Shown: positions 53,981 through 64,000 of the stretch, in pieces | Position numbering within the stretch: the stretch's first letter is position 1 | Layout: each line of letters begins with the position of its first letter | Source: Saccostrea echinata | Lineage: Eukaryota | DNA length: 64,000 nt | NCBI RefSeq assembly: GCF_033153115.1 | Contig: NW_026889835.1 | Span: forward strand, 2,790,001 to 2,854,000 | Direction: 5' to 3' | The notes under the pieces: model-generated | Told to the model about the DNA's origin: nothing | Seen by the model: the letters and a program-made list of their open reading frames with translations, nothing else | Database searches by the model: none | Made by a program: the position numbers and the translations under genes

Positions 53981-56900
53981 TTTTTTTCTATTTAACGCCA
54001 TTTATCTAATAGGTTTCCGATTCATTATTTCATTGGAAGATCTTACTTATCTGCTTCAGACATTTGAAGTATTTCAACGGCACATGTTGGATTGCCGGAA
54101 TCTATCATAGAAAGACTTGGTTTTGGACTGTCTCTATGCAGTTTAAAATGAACTTTAACGTCTCCATTTTCTCTACCCTTTTGACAAAATTTTGTTTCTC
54201 CATGACCAATCCATATCCTTCGTTCTTCTGGTGAACATGCAATACTTGGTCGCGAAGGAACACCCTTTACTAGCTCGCATCGAATGCAAAGAAAATCCGT
54301 TTGGTCAGAAACTGTGTTTTCTGAATTGTTCTCAACGTGCCAACGAAAATCTATATCTCTTTGAAGACAAAAATGTTTCAAAAGTACAAAAGAACCGTCA
54401 TATTTCTTGCCTGTGTAAAACTTAACATGCAAATCGTTTATAACTATTGATAAAGATTTAGTTGCATTGGTAACTGATTCCATTCGAAATATGTTCAACC
54501 AACGACTCACATATTCGGGTGATGTCATTTTTCTGTTGCCTTCGTGCATTTTGGCATAAGAAGAGAAACATTGTACTGGATCAGACATGTGTTGAATACA
54601 GCATTTAAGATTCCTTGTAATTTCTAACAGCTGAATAGATGGCATCAACATTCCCTTACTGCGTTCTACTCCGATTTGAATAGGAATGACTTGAGCTTTG
54701 CTAAAGGTGAGTTTGAACTCCGTATATTGTTTTCCAATCACGCCATCTTTTGTTTCAGAGCTTGCATCAGAATGTGTACCTTGACACTCAAAAACACTTG
54801 GTAGATCCTCATTCCCCTCAAAAATCTTCTTATTCAACAAATTCATATCATCTCTGATAAGAGAATCTACGAGCTTTTTCCATTTTTTCAAGGACACATA
54901 GGTTACTTTTTGATGTGGATTTAAACATACTGGTCCTCCTATAGAATTAGAGGCACCTGCAGAAAATCCCAGTGTTGAATACAAACGCTGTTGCCATGAC
55001 AGGGTAAGTAAATGCTTTTTATCACAATCTTCCTCTAAAAGTGGTTTTGACTTTAACTTCATTAGATGGTAATTAATTTCACCACACGAATTTGCTAGCT
55101 CACTTTGGCCGGGAAAACAAATGGAAACAGATTTTTCTGATGCCGACTTGACCAAGGTATGTAAAATGACTGGCTGTCTTTCGAGTTGCCTTCCAAGATG
55201 CAGCAATCGACATTTCCTTTCAAATTCTCGAGGTCGACTTCTGTTGACATTTTTGCATATCATTTCAACTTCTCTTTGAGAGTAGGGTGACACTTTATTG
55301 TCAAGCAGTGCATGAACCAATCGATTTGCAATCAAATCTGCATAACGTCGGATTGGAGAAGTAAAGTGTACATAAGGATAAATGCCTAGAGAAAAATGTA
55401 TTTTCTCGTGAGGTGATCCAGAACATTCATAACGTGAAGTCTCTTGAAATGACATCCATGAGTCATAAGCAGATGCTTGTTGTGGATGGAATTCATCGGT
55501 ACCTATGAATCTCTGTAAATTCTTAAAGTCTCCCTTGCTATAACTTGAAACTATTTTGTTCCAAACATGCTTTTGTATTGGTAGTTGTTGAGACATTTGG
55601 TGTTCATGAATTTTATCAACAGACAATATTTTACCATTTTCAAGACATTTATGTTGAAGCGAAAGTACGAAATTCGCAATGACGGAAAAATTCAAAAGCC
55701 ATTCATTCATTCTATGGGAAGATGGCTTACTTTGAACACGAAGAGGTATACAATCTGGAAATGCCTCGATTAATATTTTGCCAATAAATTGGTTTGCAAG
55801 AATCATGCATTCTTCTACTATAATATGTGCATCGATACTTTGAAAATATGATTTACTGCATTCAGTATCAGGTGATTCAAATGGAAATGAAAACATTCCA
55901 TTTCCTAGTCGCTTAGACCGTATTTGTTTGGTAAAAGCAGATAAAATTTCCAATTCTTGTTTAAAGTTTTCGTTTTTATTTGCTTTTGATAATAATTTTT
56001 GCACTTCCAGATATGTGAAGCGTCGCCTAGACTTAATTTTTGTGCGGTCCAGCCTTTGTTCCAAGATATTTCCATCCTTATCTATTCTGAAAAAAATTGA
56101 AAGAGTTTTTCTCTCCTGGTGAGGCAAAAGACTACAAATATCTGTTCCTAAAGGCTCTGGGAGCATATGAAATGGTTGACAGTTTTCCCCTGGATAGAAA
56201 GTATTTGATCTTTCCAGTGCCTCTACATCAACAGGATCATCCCTCTTTACAACACTGCCAACATCTGCAATATGGACTCCGATTTCAAATTCTGTTTCTG
56301 AGATAGTCTGTACACTGAGAGCATCATCTAGATCTTTTGAATCACTTTCATCGATTGTAAAAGCATTGAGACTCTCGGAAAAATCTGTTCTATGTTCATC
56401 GCCGTTCAGATGTGCCTTTCGTTTTAAGATCTTTTCCACTTCACGGACTGTACTTTCTTTGTATATTACAGAAACATTGCTCTGCAGACAAACCAGTTTA
56501 AGAGAGGTATTTAAGTCACATCTAAAATCGTACACTCCTATAATGGCTCCCTTTGGATAAATTTCATTCCAAGCAATGAAACACACCAGAAAAGTGTATC
56601 CTTTTCTTTTTGATCGATGTATTGTTTTCAGTCGATCGAATTTTAAGTCTTTTGCTCTTTTGTCGTATTTGTAAATTTCTACTTGAAATTTTGTTTTTTG
56701 TCTCTCATTAAGAACATGAATTTTTGGAACCGTTTTACATACAGGTTTCATAAGATGCATCACATATTGATCAATGGTACAAACAAAGACGGGGTTCTTG
56801 GGCAATGTTTCATTTCTCTTCGTTATTCCAACAATTTTTCCGAATGATTTATTCTCATTCTCTTTAGAAAACGTTGCAGATTGTATTGAACAATCAGCTT

Positions 56901-58221
56901 GTTTTTCACGATTTTTTAGAATTTCAACAACAACTTCATCTTGATTGAAGGCCTTTCCACATTTAGACCGCCCTGATATTTCAATTTCTATGTCTTCATC
57001 AAGAGACGAACAAAGTGCCCTGTGGGGATTAAAAATTTTTATTTTGCAATGTTTGTACTTCTGAGGAAAGTTTTTACACAGCTGAAGACTTTCATTTGCA
57101 CTCAGCATTTCCTCATAAATTTGTGGTTGTTTTTTCCTGGAGGAATTTATGAATCTTTTCGATAAATCAAGGCCATTGGTTAATAAGTTTTCATCATTAT
57201 TTCTGTCCCGATGCTTATTTTGGTAAAATTTGCGCGATTCTTCGTAATAATTTTTCTTTTTTGATTCTGTTTCATGTTGTGACCCGCTGGAATTTTTCTT
57301 TGCTGAAAATTCCTCATCGGTTTCAGAGTCCATGTCATTCTCTTCTGACATTTCGGATGATAACGAGTCAAAATCATCCTCAAGTAAAGCCGTTGAATCG
57401 GTTACGTCAGTTGCTTTCTGAAGCCTAAACCGCACATCAGAATGTTTTTCCTTATGTATTTGTTGCCGATGTTGAGAACTTTCCACTTCATGATGCATCT
57501 TATGAAGTCTTTGTTCTCTGCTTCGATCTTTTCTTGTGGATAAATTAAATTTGGTAGAGTCATCTATGCTTCCATTTTGTCTTTTCTCATCAGCGATTGT
57601 TTTAAGAATACTGTGATCTTCATTGTCGATCAGAGAGTCAAAACTGTAATCAAGTCGACTATCACTGTTTCTTCTTTTAGCTGGAAAAAGTGTATTTACT
57701 GAAATACTTTGAAACATTTTGATATTGCTTTGAAGAATAACGATTTTGCTAATTAGACATACTTACGCCTGCTTCTTTGTTTTTTCTTCTTGGGTGTCAT
57801 GTTCTCAGAAATCCTTGACAATTGTGACTGAAACATTACATATTACAATAAATATAGATTTTATTCTGCTGTATATGAAAATTCCAAAATGAGGACAAGG
57901 GAGTGAAATATTATATACCTCATGAAATTCATAAGCATATGTGCCTTTTAACCATTCTGTATCCGGTTTATGGTTGTTTCTGGAGGATTGCTGCAGTTCC
58001 CTCTGATGCTGAGGTATTTCTTGTTTCGGTTCCTATTGAAAATTCTTCATGTTTGTATCTAATTTATTTTTATATCAAAGTTGTAATAGTCGATAAATAG
58101 CATGATTTGAATTTTTCTGTAAAATATTCTTCCTGAAAATCTATGATTGGATCTGCAAGTGTGAAAGATTAGAAGTTACCTCATCTTTTACTTCGTATGT
58201 CCTTCCAAGGTGTGCACCCAT
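40250..58221 (-). CDS. HELZ2-like RNB exoribonuclease/UPF1-like SF1B helicase, copy B; apparently intact, about 1832 aa
   Basis: Exons (minus) 58221-58180, 58032-57919, 57827-57767 (these three less certain), 57680-54047, 52869-52784, 52684-52547, 44747-44610, 44473-43866, 42841-42620, 42109-41953, 41878-41711, 40380-40250. Total 5499 nt with consistent phases. RNB motifs FTIDESDSKDLDDALS, EIGVHIADV, YVHFTSPIRRYADL. Helicase motifs FTLIQGPPG|TGKT, YCGPSNKSVD, IIDEAGM, LIGDHKQLQP, LDTQYRM, TVVSSQGGEWD, QINVALTRARKG. Confidence 0.9.
40813..41297. mobile_element. Kolobok-like MITE in the last intron of copy B
   Basis: Perfect 20-bp TIRs GGTCAAGATCTAGTAAATGA / TCATTTACTAGATCTTGACC with TTAA on both sides. 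GG termini favour Kolobok over piggyBac. Confidence 0.8.
43245..43850 (-). mobile_element. HINE-type element with approximately 140-bp repeats
   Basis: Four CATGACACACC..AGGTCATAAGCAATCTTTGTGT monomers, (ACAG)n, and terminal palindrome TATACCCC...GGGGTATA. Confidence 0.75.
44900..45049. other. Assembly gap
   Basis: Run of N. Confidence 1.
45760..47250. repeat. Approximately 160-170-bp satellite array within a HINE-type element
   Basis: About 8 monomers (GAAATAATGCATTTTCACTATA..CAATAGAGCCCCGCCCTA..CAGAACCCCTGACC..AATTTTGGAAGAGGCACCCTTGCTCA), ending TCAGGTGAGCTAA. Confidence 0.8.
48171..48303. mobile_element. Short hairpin MITE
   Basis: CACAGGTACTTGGGT(T/C)TTGGTTTATAA arms, imperfect inverted repeat of about 60 bp. 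Confidence 0.7.
48930..49915. repeat. Second array of the same approximately 165-bp satellite/HINE family
   Basis: Same monomer as 45760-47250. The upstream flank 48765-48835 resembles 45540-45612. Confidence 0.78.
50093..51152. mobile_element. Approximately 1.06-kb non-autonomous TIR element nested in the Tc1 5' region
   Basis: TIRs GGGTGA(G/A)TT(A/C)ACCATGCATCGGAC with TA flanks; internal copies of ACCATGCATCGGAC near 50500-50550 and 50920-50960. Confidence 0.8.
51227..52255 (+). pseudogene. Tc1 (DD34E-type) transposase, frameshifted
   Basis: HTH IATILCVSQSGISKFLKRYK, ICSRTVRRRL, VIFSDETQV, MLWGCI, LFQDED, WPSQFSDINLIENVW, LYASIPRRIRQVIKTKGQATKY, spread over several frames. Confidence 0.9.
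52879..53977. mobile_element. hAT-like MITE (52964-53922) inserted in a (TA)n microsatellite
   Basis: Termini AAGGGATGT(A/T)AA resemble the Ac-type AGGGATG TIR; subterminal CCGGGTACTCGATCG at both ends; (TA)n on both sides. Confidence 0.72.
54047..57680 (-). CDS. 3.6-kb exon of copy B: acidic/low-complexity linker, RNB domain and pre-helicase region
   Basis: Lies within the 1224-aa ORF 54043-57717. Acceptor TTTTTCCAG and donor AA|GTAAG. Confidence 0.92.
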
Positions 58222-59479
58222 TTCTCAAACTGTTTTTAAGTTCATAGACCTGAAGGTATAATCACTTTAAAATAGGTATGTTGTCTTTATTTTGTCTTGC
58301 AAATAATTAAAACAACGAGAAATTGGAAATTGGAAAAATGTAATATTCGATATTTCATAGACTGATTGTATTTTTTGAAAATTATGCAATTAATAGTAGA
58401 GAAAAATAGCACCGCCTTGAGATTTGCCTGGTGTTTGCACCCCTGTCAATCAGCTAAAATTAATCCTAGAATTCTAGACATCGATAAACATTTAGGTTAT
58501 TTGTCGTTCTGTATATATCTTTTATACCATGTCTGGCGATCGTAGTGACTGTCGTATAGCAGTGTTCATGATTTTTTAAAATACATGTATAATATAAAAT
58601 ATGTTTTATGTAAAATCAATTTGTCAAATAATTTAATAAGGGATTAGAAAATCATGCTTTGGAGCCCTGTAAGCTGCAATATTCTTTTTTGGGGGTGGGG
58701 GCACAACCAAACATTTTCAATTTGGATTGGCACTACCAAGCAAACATTCTTTGACAAGCAAAAAAAGACCTCCATAAAGTAACTCTTTTTAATTATTCTT
58801 TTTTATACATTGAAAAAAAATTGACCTCACAATCAATAGGGGTCTTCTTTAGTCCATAGGCAGTAGTGGAATAAAATTTCATTGCAAAAGCTCAAAGGCT
58901 TCTTGAGATATCGTCTGGAAACGAAAATCTTACACACAGACAGAATGACAGTCAGACAAATAGAAGGGGCCAAATTAATATCCCCAGCTTTCACTTCAGT
59001 GAAAGTGGGGGACAAAAAAGAATCGATACAACTTAAGAACGTTTGCATTTTAATACGACTTAGTATGACCATGCTTTTTCCTTTTAAACTTTGATCTTTT
59101 AATGTAGCCCGCCATAACCCCGGGGTCATGATTTGAACAAATTTTAATCTTTTTCTTTGTGAGGAATATTTCATATTAGTTTCCTCATTTTTGATCCAGT
59201 TGTTCTTAGATGATGATTTGAAAATGACCCACCCAGTTATATATTGTTTCTGTTTTGTTTATTTCAATCTTTAAATTTTTGCAAATTAGTTTTTTTTTTC
59301 CATTCTTCTCTTCACAGCATTTGGGTATCAAATTTTGGAATTTATCTCCGGAAATTATGTTACGAAATTAAGTTCAATCGTTCCTCGAGTCTTTCGACTT
59401 CACACAAATTCAATATAAATCATTACTCTCATTGTTTAGGCAAACAACTTTTAATTCCTTTTCAGCATGTCAATAAAAA

Positions 59480-61157
59480 GTAATCCAACATTCAAACTCC
59501 TGAAGAAACAACACCAAAAATCAATCAAAACTAAACACTGTGTTTCAAATTTACAGACCTACCTAAAGTGTGACATTATACCTAAAGGTTTCCAGATAAT
59601 GACACGCCTAACATAGGGTCAATCTACAACCGCTTTCAAAAAATAAAAACCCGCTGTCAATTTATTAAAAGGAGGTGTTCTAGACATTTGATGTCACTCT
59701 GTCTTTCTTGGAATATCCACAAGTTACAGCAATTTGAGAGTGATATCACGTCCTTAGAATCATCCCTCACTGATAGCATGTCCCAAGCTAACCTTGATGA
59801 AGCCCATAGTATTATTGCCACCAACAATATGGCCCTAACCAATGATCTCAACAAAATTCAAAAGAAGAAATTTCTCCGAGACAGTGTTCCACAGACCAGA
59901 AACAACTGGACAGAGGTCAGAGTTAACCAATCACGTAAACCTCGCTCTAGACGCTTCAAGCGCTAAAATACATTCACGGGGGACGGACCCTTACAAACTC
60001 CTGACGTCTGTCCTGTGCTCAATAAATCTAGTGTTCCTCTCTCCGAGTCGGAGACCTCACTTCTTTCTAAGGGGCTGAATTTCTGTCCCACGTCTCATGA
60101 GGTCCACGAATAACAAGTCAGAGAGGACACCAGGGCATTCTTTCGGAGACTTCGACTGAAGGAGCACTTCTCTAGAAAAGACTCCGATGATGATTCATAC
60201 GACTCTTCCCAGCCACAATTGCACGACCTAGAGAAACACAAACTCTATCGGACCAAAAGCAGCTGGAAACCTGCACCGGGCAAATGAGGAGCCCTTGAGT
60301 CGTACATTGACGCCTTTGAGTCAGACATTGAGAAACTCCTTTCCATGCCAGACAAGGCCCCCGACAATTTAAGTAAGGAAGAGAGATCCGCCTTACAATC
60401 ATTAAAGAATCGGGATGACATCGTGATCAAGAAAGCAGACAAAGGCTCTACACTAGTAGTACTTTACAAAGAGACGTACATGGCGGAGGCCCATAGACAA
60501 CTCTCAGACGAATGTTTCTATAAGAAACTTGACTCTGACCCTACTAGAGAATTCTCCACCGTTATCACCAAAACTCTTGACAAAATGTTCGAAAATAACG
60601 AGATTGGTATAAACGTCTATGAGACACCCAATCCTATTGACTGTAGACCAGGACAATTTTCCTGCTTCCTAAGATACAAAAAGGAGGCATGCCAGGTCGC
60701 CCTATGGTTAGCGCAATCAGACACCCCACGGAGAAAATTTCTGAATACATTGATTTGCATCTCCGTCCACATGTAGAAAATTTGTCATCCTATCTAAAGG
60801 ACACCACGTACTATATCGACAAGACGCCCTCGACTGGTCTTCCAGACCATACCCTTCTCGTGACTATGGACGTTACATCTTTGTACAGCAACATTCTGCA
60901 CGATGAGGGTATCGAGGCCTGTAGAGAAGTCTGGGACAGCAGATAAATACAAACTCCTTTCACTGAGTCCCTTGCCAAGCTCCTTGAACATGCTCTCAAA
61001 TGTAACAATTTCATGTTTAATGGAGAATATTACCTGCAGGTTAATGGCACTGTTATGGATGCGAGAATGGCCCCATCTTATGCCAATATTTTCATGGGCA
61101 GACTGGAACGTAACTTGTTACTTCAAGCACCATTTAGGCCCCTTAGCTGGTTGCGTA
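59480..61157 (+). mobile_element. Decayed Penelope-like retroelement, 5' part, truncated just before the YxDD motif
   Basis: [91 protein letters not shown]. Frameshifts and stops present. Confidence 0.88.
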
Positions 61158-62545
61158 TAATTTTAAAACATTTTCAAAACCAAGGTACCCCAGTTCAAGT
61201 TGATGAAGATTTCAGTGAAAAAGTAAACAAATATGTAAATAAATCTAACAGCATTTTAAAAGAAAGAGAAATAACAGACAAGCACTTTACAATTCAGGAA
61301 GTAAAGAGTAGTAATCGAAATCTAAAAATGGGAAAAGTGCAGGGCCAGATAGAATTACAAATGAGATAATAAAATATAGTAGCATAGTTACTTGAAAATC
61401 AGTAACTAAATTATTTAATCTGACATTGCTGTCTGGCAAGTACCCATCTTCAAGAAATTCATTTACAATTATAATTTATAAATCAGGAAGTCAAACCGAT
61501 CTTAATAATTAAAGAGGAATATCTCTTTACAACTGTATTGCTAAATTATTTCTCATTGATAAATAACAGGCTTACACTGCATTATGAAACATTATTTGAT
61601 AATCAACAATGTGGTTTCAGAAAAGAATACAGAACAACAAATAGTACATTTATTCTAAAATCATTAATGCTAAAATACGGTAAAAAATTATTTATTCAAT
61701 TGTTATATAAATGATCTACACCAGATCTTTGATGAATCATGTCATTCATTATTGCTCAAAGATTCGAAATTATCTAGCCTAAGTTTAAGATTTAATAATC
61801 TTGTCAAGTTCACATACGGACTTCAGAATGCACTATCGAAGCTGGAAAATTATTGTTACAAATGGCAATGAACTGTCAACACAAAGAAAAGTTATCTACA
61901 CCTAAATTATTTCATAAAAATATTCCGTTATATGAAATCAAAGAATATAATTTCTTGGGTAATGTCATAACTTTAATAAAAGCTACCTAAGAATTATCAA
62001 AAAAAAATTATTTGAACTCAAAAGGAGATTCTATTCCTGTTAATTCATCATGTAAACTTTTGATAAAACATACAATAAAACTAAGTATTCTATATAAAAA
62101 AAAATCAAAAAAGATTTACATGATGTTTACAGTCTAAGGTCTTAAATAAACTTCAATAAAGATTACATCTCTATAGTAAAAACTGATATTAAAATGGAAG
62201 AATACCTATTATCAGAAAAAAAAATTACAACCAGGCAGCTAATTTCAAAATTCAGAGTAAGTGACAATTCTTTAGAAAATTGAAAATGGTAGACACAAAA
62301 ATATTTCAAGAAATCATAGACTTAGTAAACATTGTAATAAATTGGATGATGAATACAATTCTTTCTTGAATGTCAAAAAAACCTTTTTCTCAGAAATCAA
62401 TTATTTTCTAAAACCAATAATATAAACACTATGTTTGAAAGATTAGCCACTCAGTAAAATGCAACAAATTTTAAATCCAAAATCTGAACTTTTGTTAGCT
62501 GTTGGAGACTTTATAAAGCAGTCATTAGAAAAGCAAAAATGAGCT
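61158..62545 (+). mobile_element. Heavily decayed LINE (RTE-X/L2-like) RT and C-terminus
   Basis: [65 protein letters not shown]. Confidence 0.75.
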
Positions 62546-63056
62546 CCATGTCAGTCAAAAGATTTAACATTTTAACATTGTACTTATAATAAAGTCATTT
62601 TAAAATGTGTAACTGTATGTCGTATAAATAATTTTTTTATGTAATTTCTTGACCCATATGGGTGTATTATGCAAAAAATAGATAAATATAATGCATGGGA
62701 GACGAAAGCAAATTAGAGGTGGAGGATAATTATCTAGATTAAGGGGGGTTACTACTTAGTGAAATTCCAGAGGAGAGGGTTACTATATTAAGACGGACCC
62801 CCCCCCCCCCCTCTTAAGAAAATTCTCATTTGAAGGACAAAAATTAAACGTTGTCTTAAAACAATGAAATTATAATAACAATCATATTTTTAAATTTTTA
62901 CCTTTAGTCACTTCGTCATCTATGATAAACATCATGATAAGATAACATTGCAACCTATTCGAAATCACATGCTATTGAAATGTTTGATACCTAATCACCG
63001 AAGTATTTTTGTCTTGTTTCATTTTCGATTTACATTCTCTGAAATACGCATGAATC

Positions 63057-63917
63057 TACGGAAGCCCATTAGTTCCAACCTGTATATATAAAGGAAAAGC
63101 AATATATAAAAGCAAACCTCGATATATAAAGGAAATGCGAAATATAAAAACAAAACCTCGATATATATAAAGGAAACGCGAAATATATAAACAGGACCTC
63201 GATATATATAATGGAAACGCGAAATATATAAACAAAACCTCGATATATATATAAAGAGAAATGCGAAATATATAAACAAAACATCGATATATATCGCCTG
63301 ACCTTTAACATGTTTAATGACTTTCATTACAATAGGGACTTCGCCAACATATGATACGCGGCTCCCGATCTCATGTTTTGAATGCAATCAGTTGATATGG
63401 CTCAGTTTCAGGATGGTATTAGTGTATTATGTTTTCTTTATTTGTGTATCTTAATAATTATGATGATTAAAACTAAAGCTAACAAGCATTCTGAGAGTAT
63501 TGGATTAAAAAAATCATTGAAGCAGAACTTAATGCAAACTTGATCTGTAATTCATCAATATACACTTACATACCAAAAATCAGTTCAATATCTGCAAGCG
63601 TTTAGAAAAAAGTGCGGAAAACCAAGTGGGACAGAATGACAGACAGAGGGACAGCTAGACGGACGGACAGACTCAGAGGAAACCTATAGTCACCTCCGGT
63701 TTCACCGGTAGGGGACGAATTAATAAACTGCTGTTCTTCTTATATTTCAAACGTGTGGGGCAATGAAAGTCATTAAACATGTAAAGGTCAGGCGATATTT
63801 CCTTTATATATATCGAGATTTTGTTTTTATATTTCGCATTTCCTTTATATATCGAGGTTTGCTTTTATATATTTCTTTTCCTTTATATATACAGGTTGGC
63901 ACTAATGGGCTTCCGTA
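63057..63917. mobile_element. Foldback-type element with long modular inverted arms and a HINE fragment in the loop
   Basis: Left arm 63057-63328 and right arm 63762-63917 are reverse complements (TACGGAAGCCCATTAGT..CAACCTG ... CGCCTGACCTTTA.CATGTTTAATGACTTTCATT) with different numbers of approximately 40-bp internal repeats. Confidence 0.85.
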
Positions 63918-64000
63918 CGACTTACATGAATCAAATAAAAATATAAAAAATCAAACTTTAACCATATTAAAACTATGAATCATATATATATGTATATATA

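Noticed and set aside
40250-58221. Assigning the symbol HELZ2, UPF1 or DIS3L2
   Set aside because: The RNB plus SF1B combination indicates the HELZ2 family, but one-to-one orthology cannot be shown for duplicated, truncated paralogues without a phylogeny.
63019-63978. ORFs of 122, 80 and 71 aa
   Set aside because: Translations of the foldback element's tandem repeats.

Overview
AT-rich animal genomic DNA with spliceosomal GT-AG introns. The repeat landscape suggests a bivalve, probably an oyster (inference). It is not prokaryotic, and I found no CRISPR array, rRNA or intact tRNA. Contents: (1) the last 18 coding exons of IFT172 on + (132-7495). (2) Two tandem, diverged minus-strand paralogues of a HELZ2-like gene, each an RNase II/RNB nuclease fused to one UPF1-like SF1B helicase. 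Copy B (58221->40250) assembles into an intact ORF of about 1832 aa with no N-terminal helicase or zinc-finger half. Copy A (19466->9333) has identical internal exon sizes but two frameshifts and an in-frame TGA. (3) Many mobile elements: a decayed DIRS/Ngaro tyrosine-recombinase retroelement, a Tc1 with a nested MITE, Penelope-like and LINE fragments, Helentron/HINE-type satellite carriers, Kolobok-, hAT- and Harbinger-like MITEs, foldback-like elements, and a hairpin element inserted antiparallel into a copy of itself. There are two assembly gaps. All exon models were read by hand; no database search was run.
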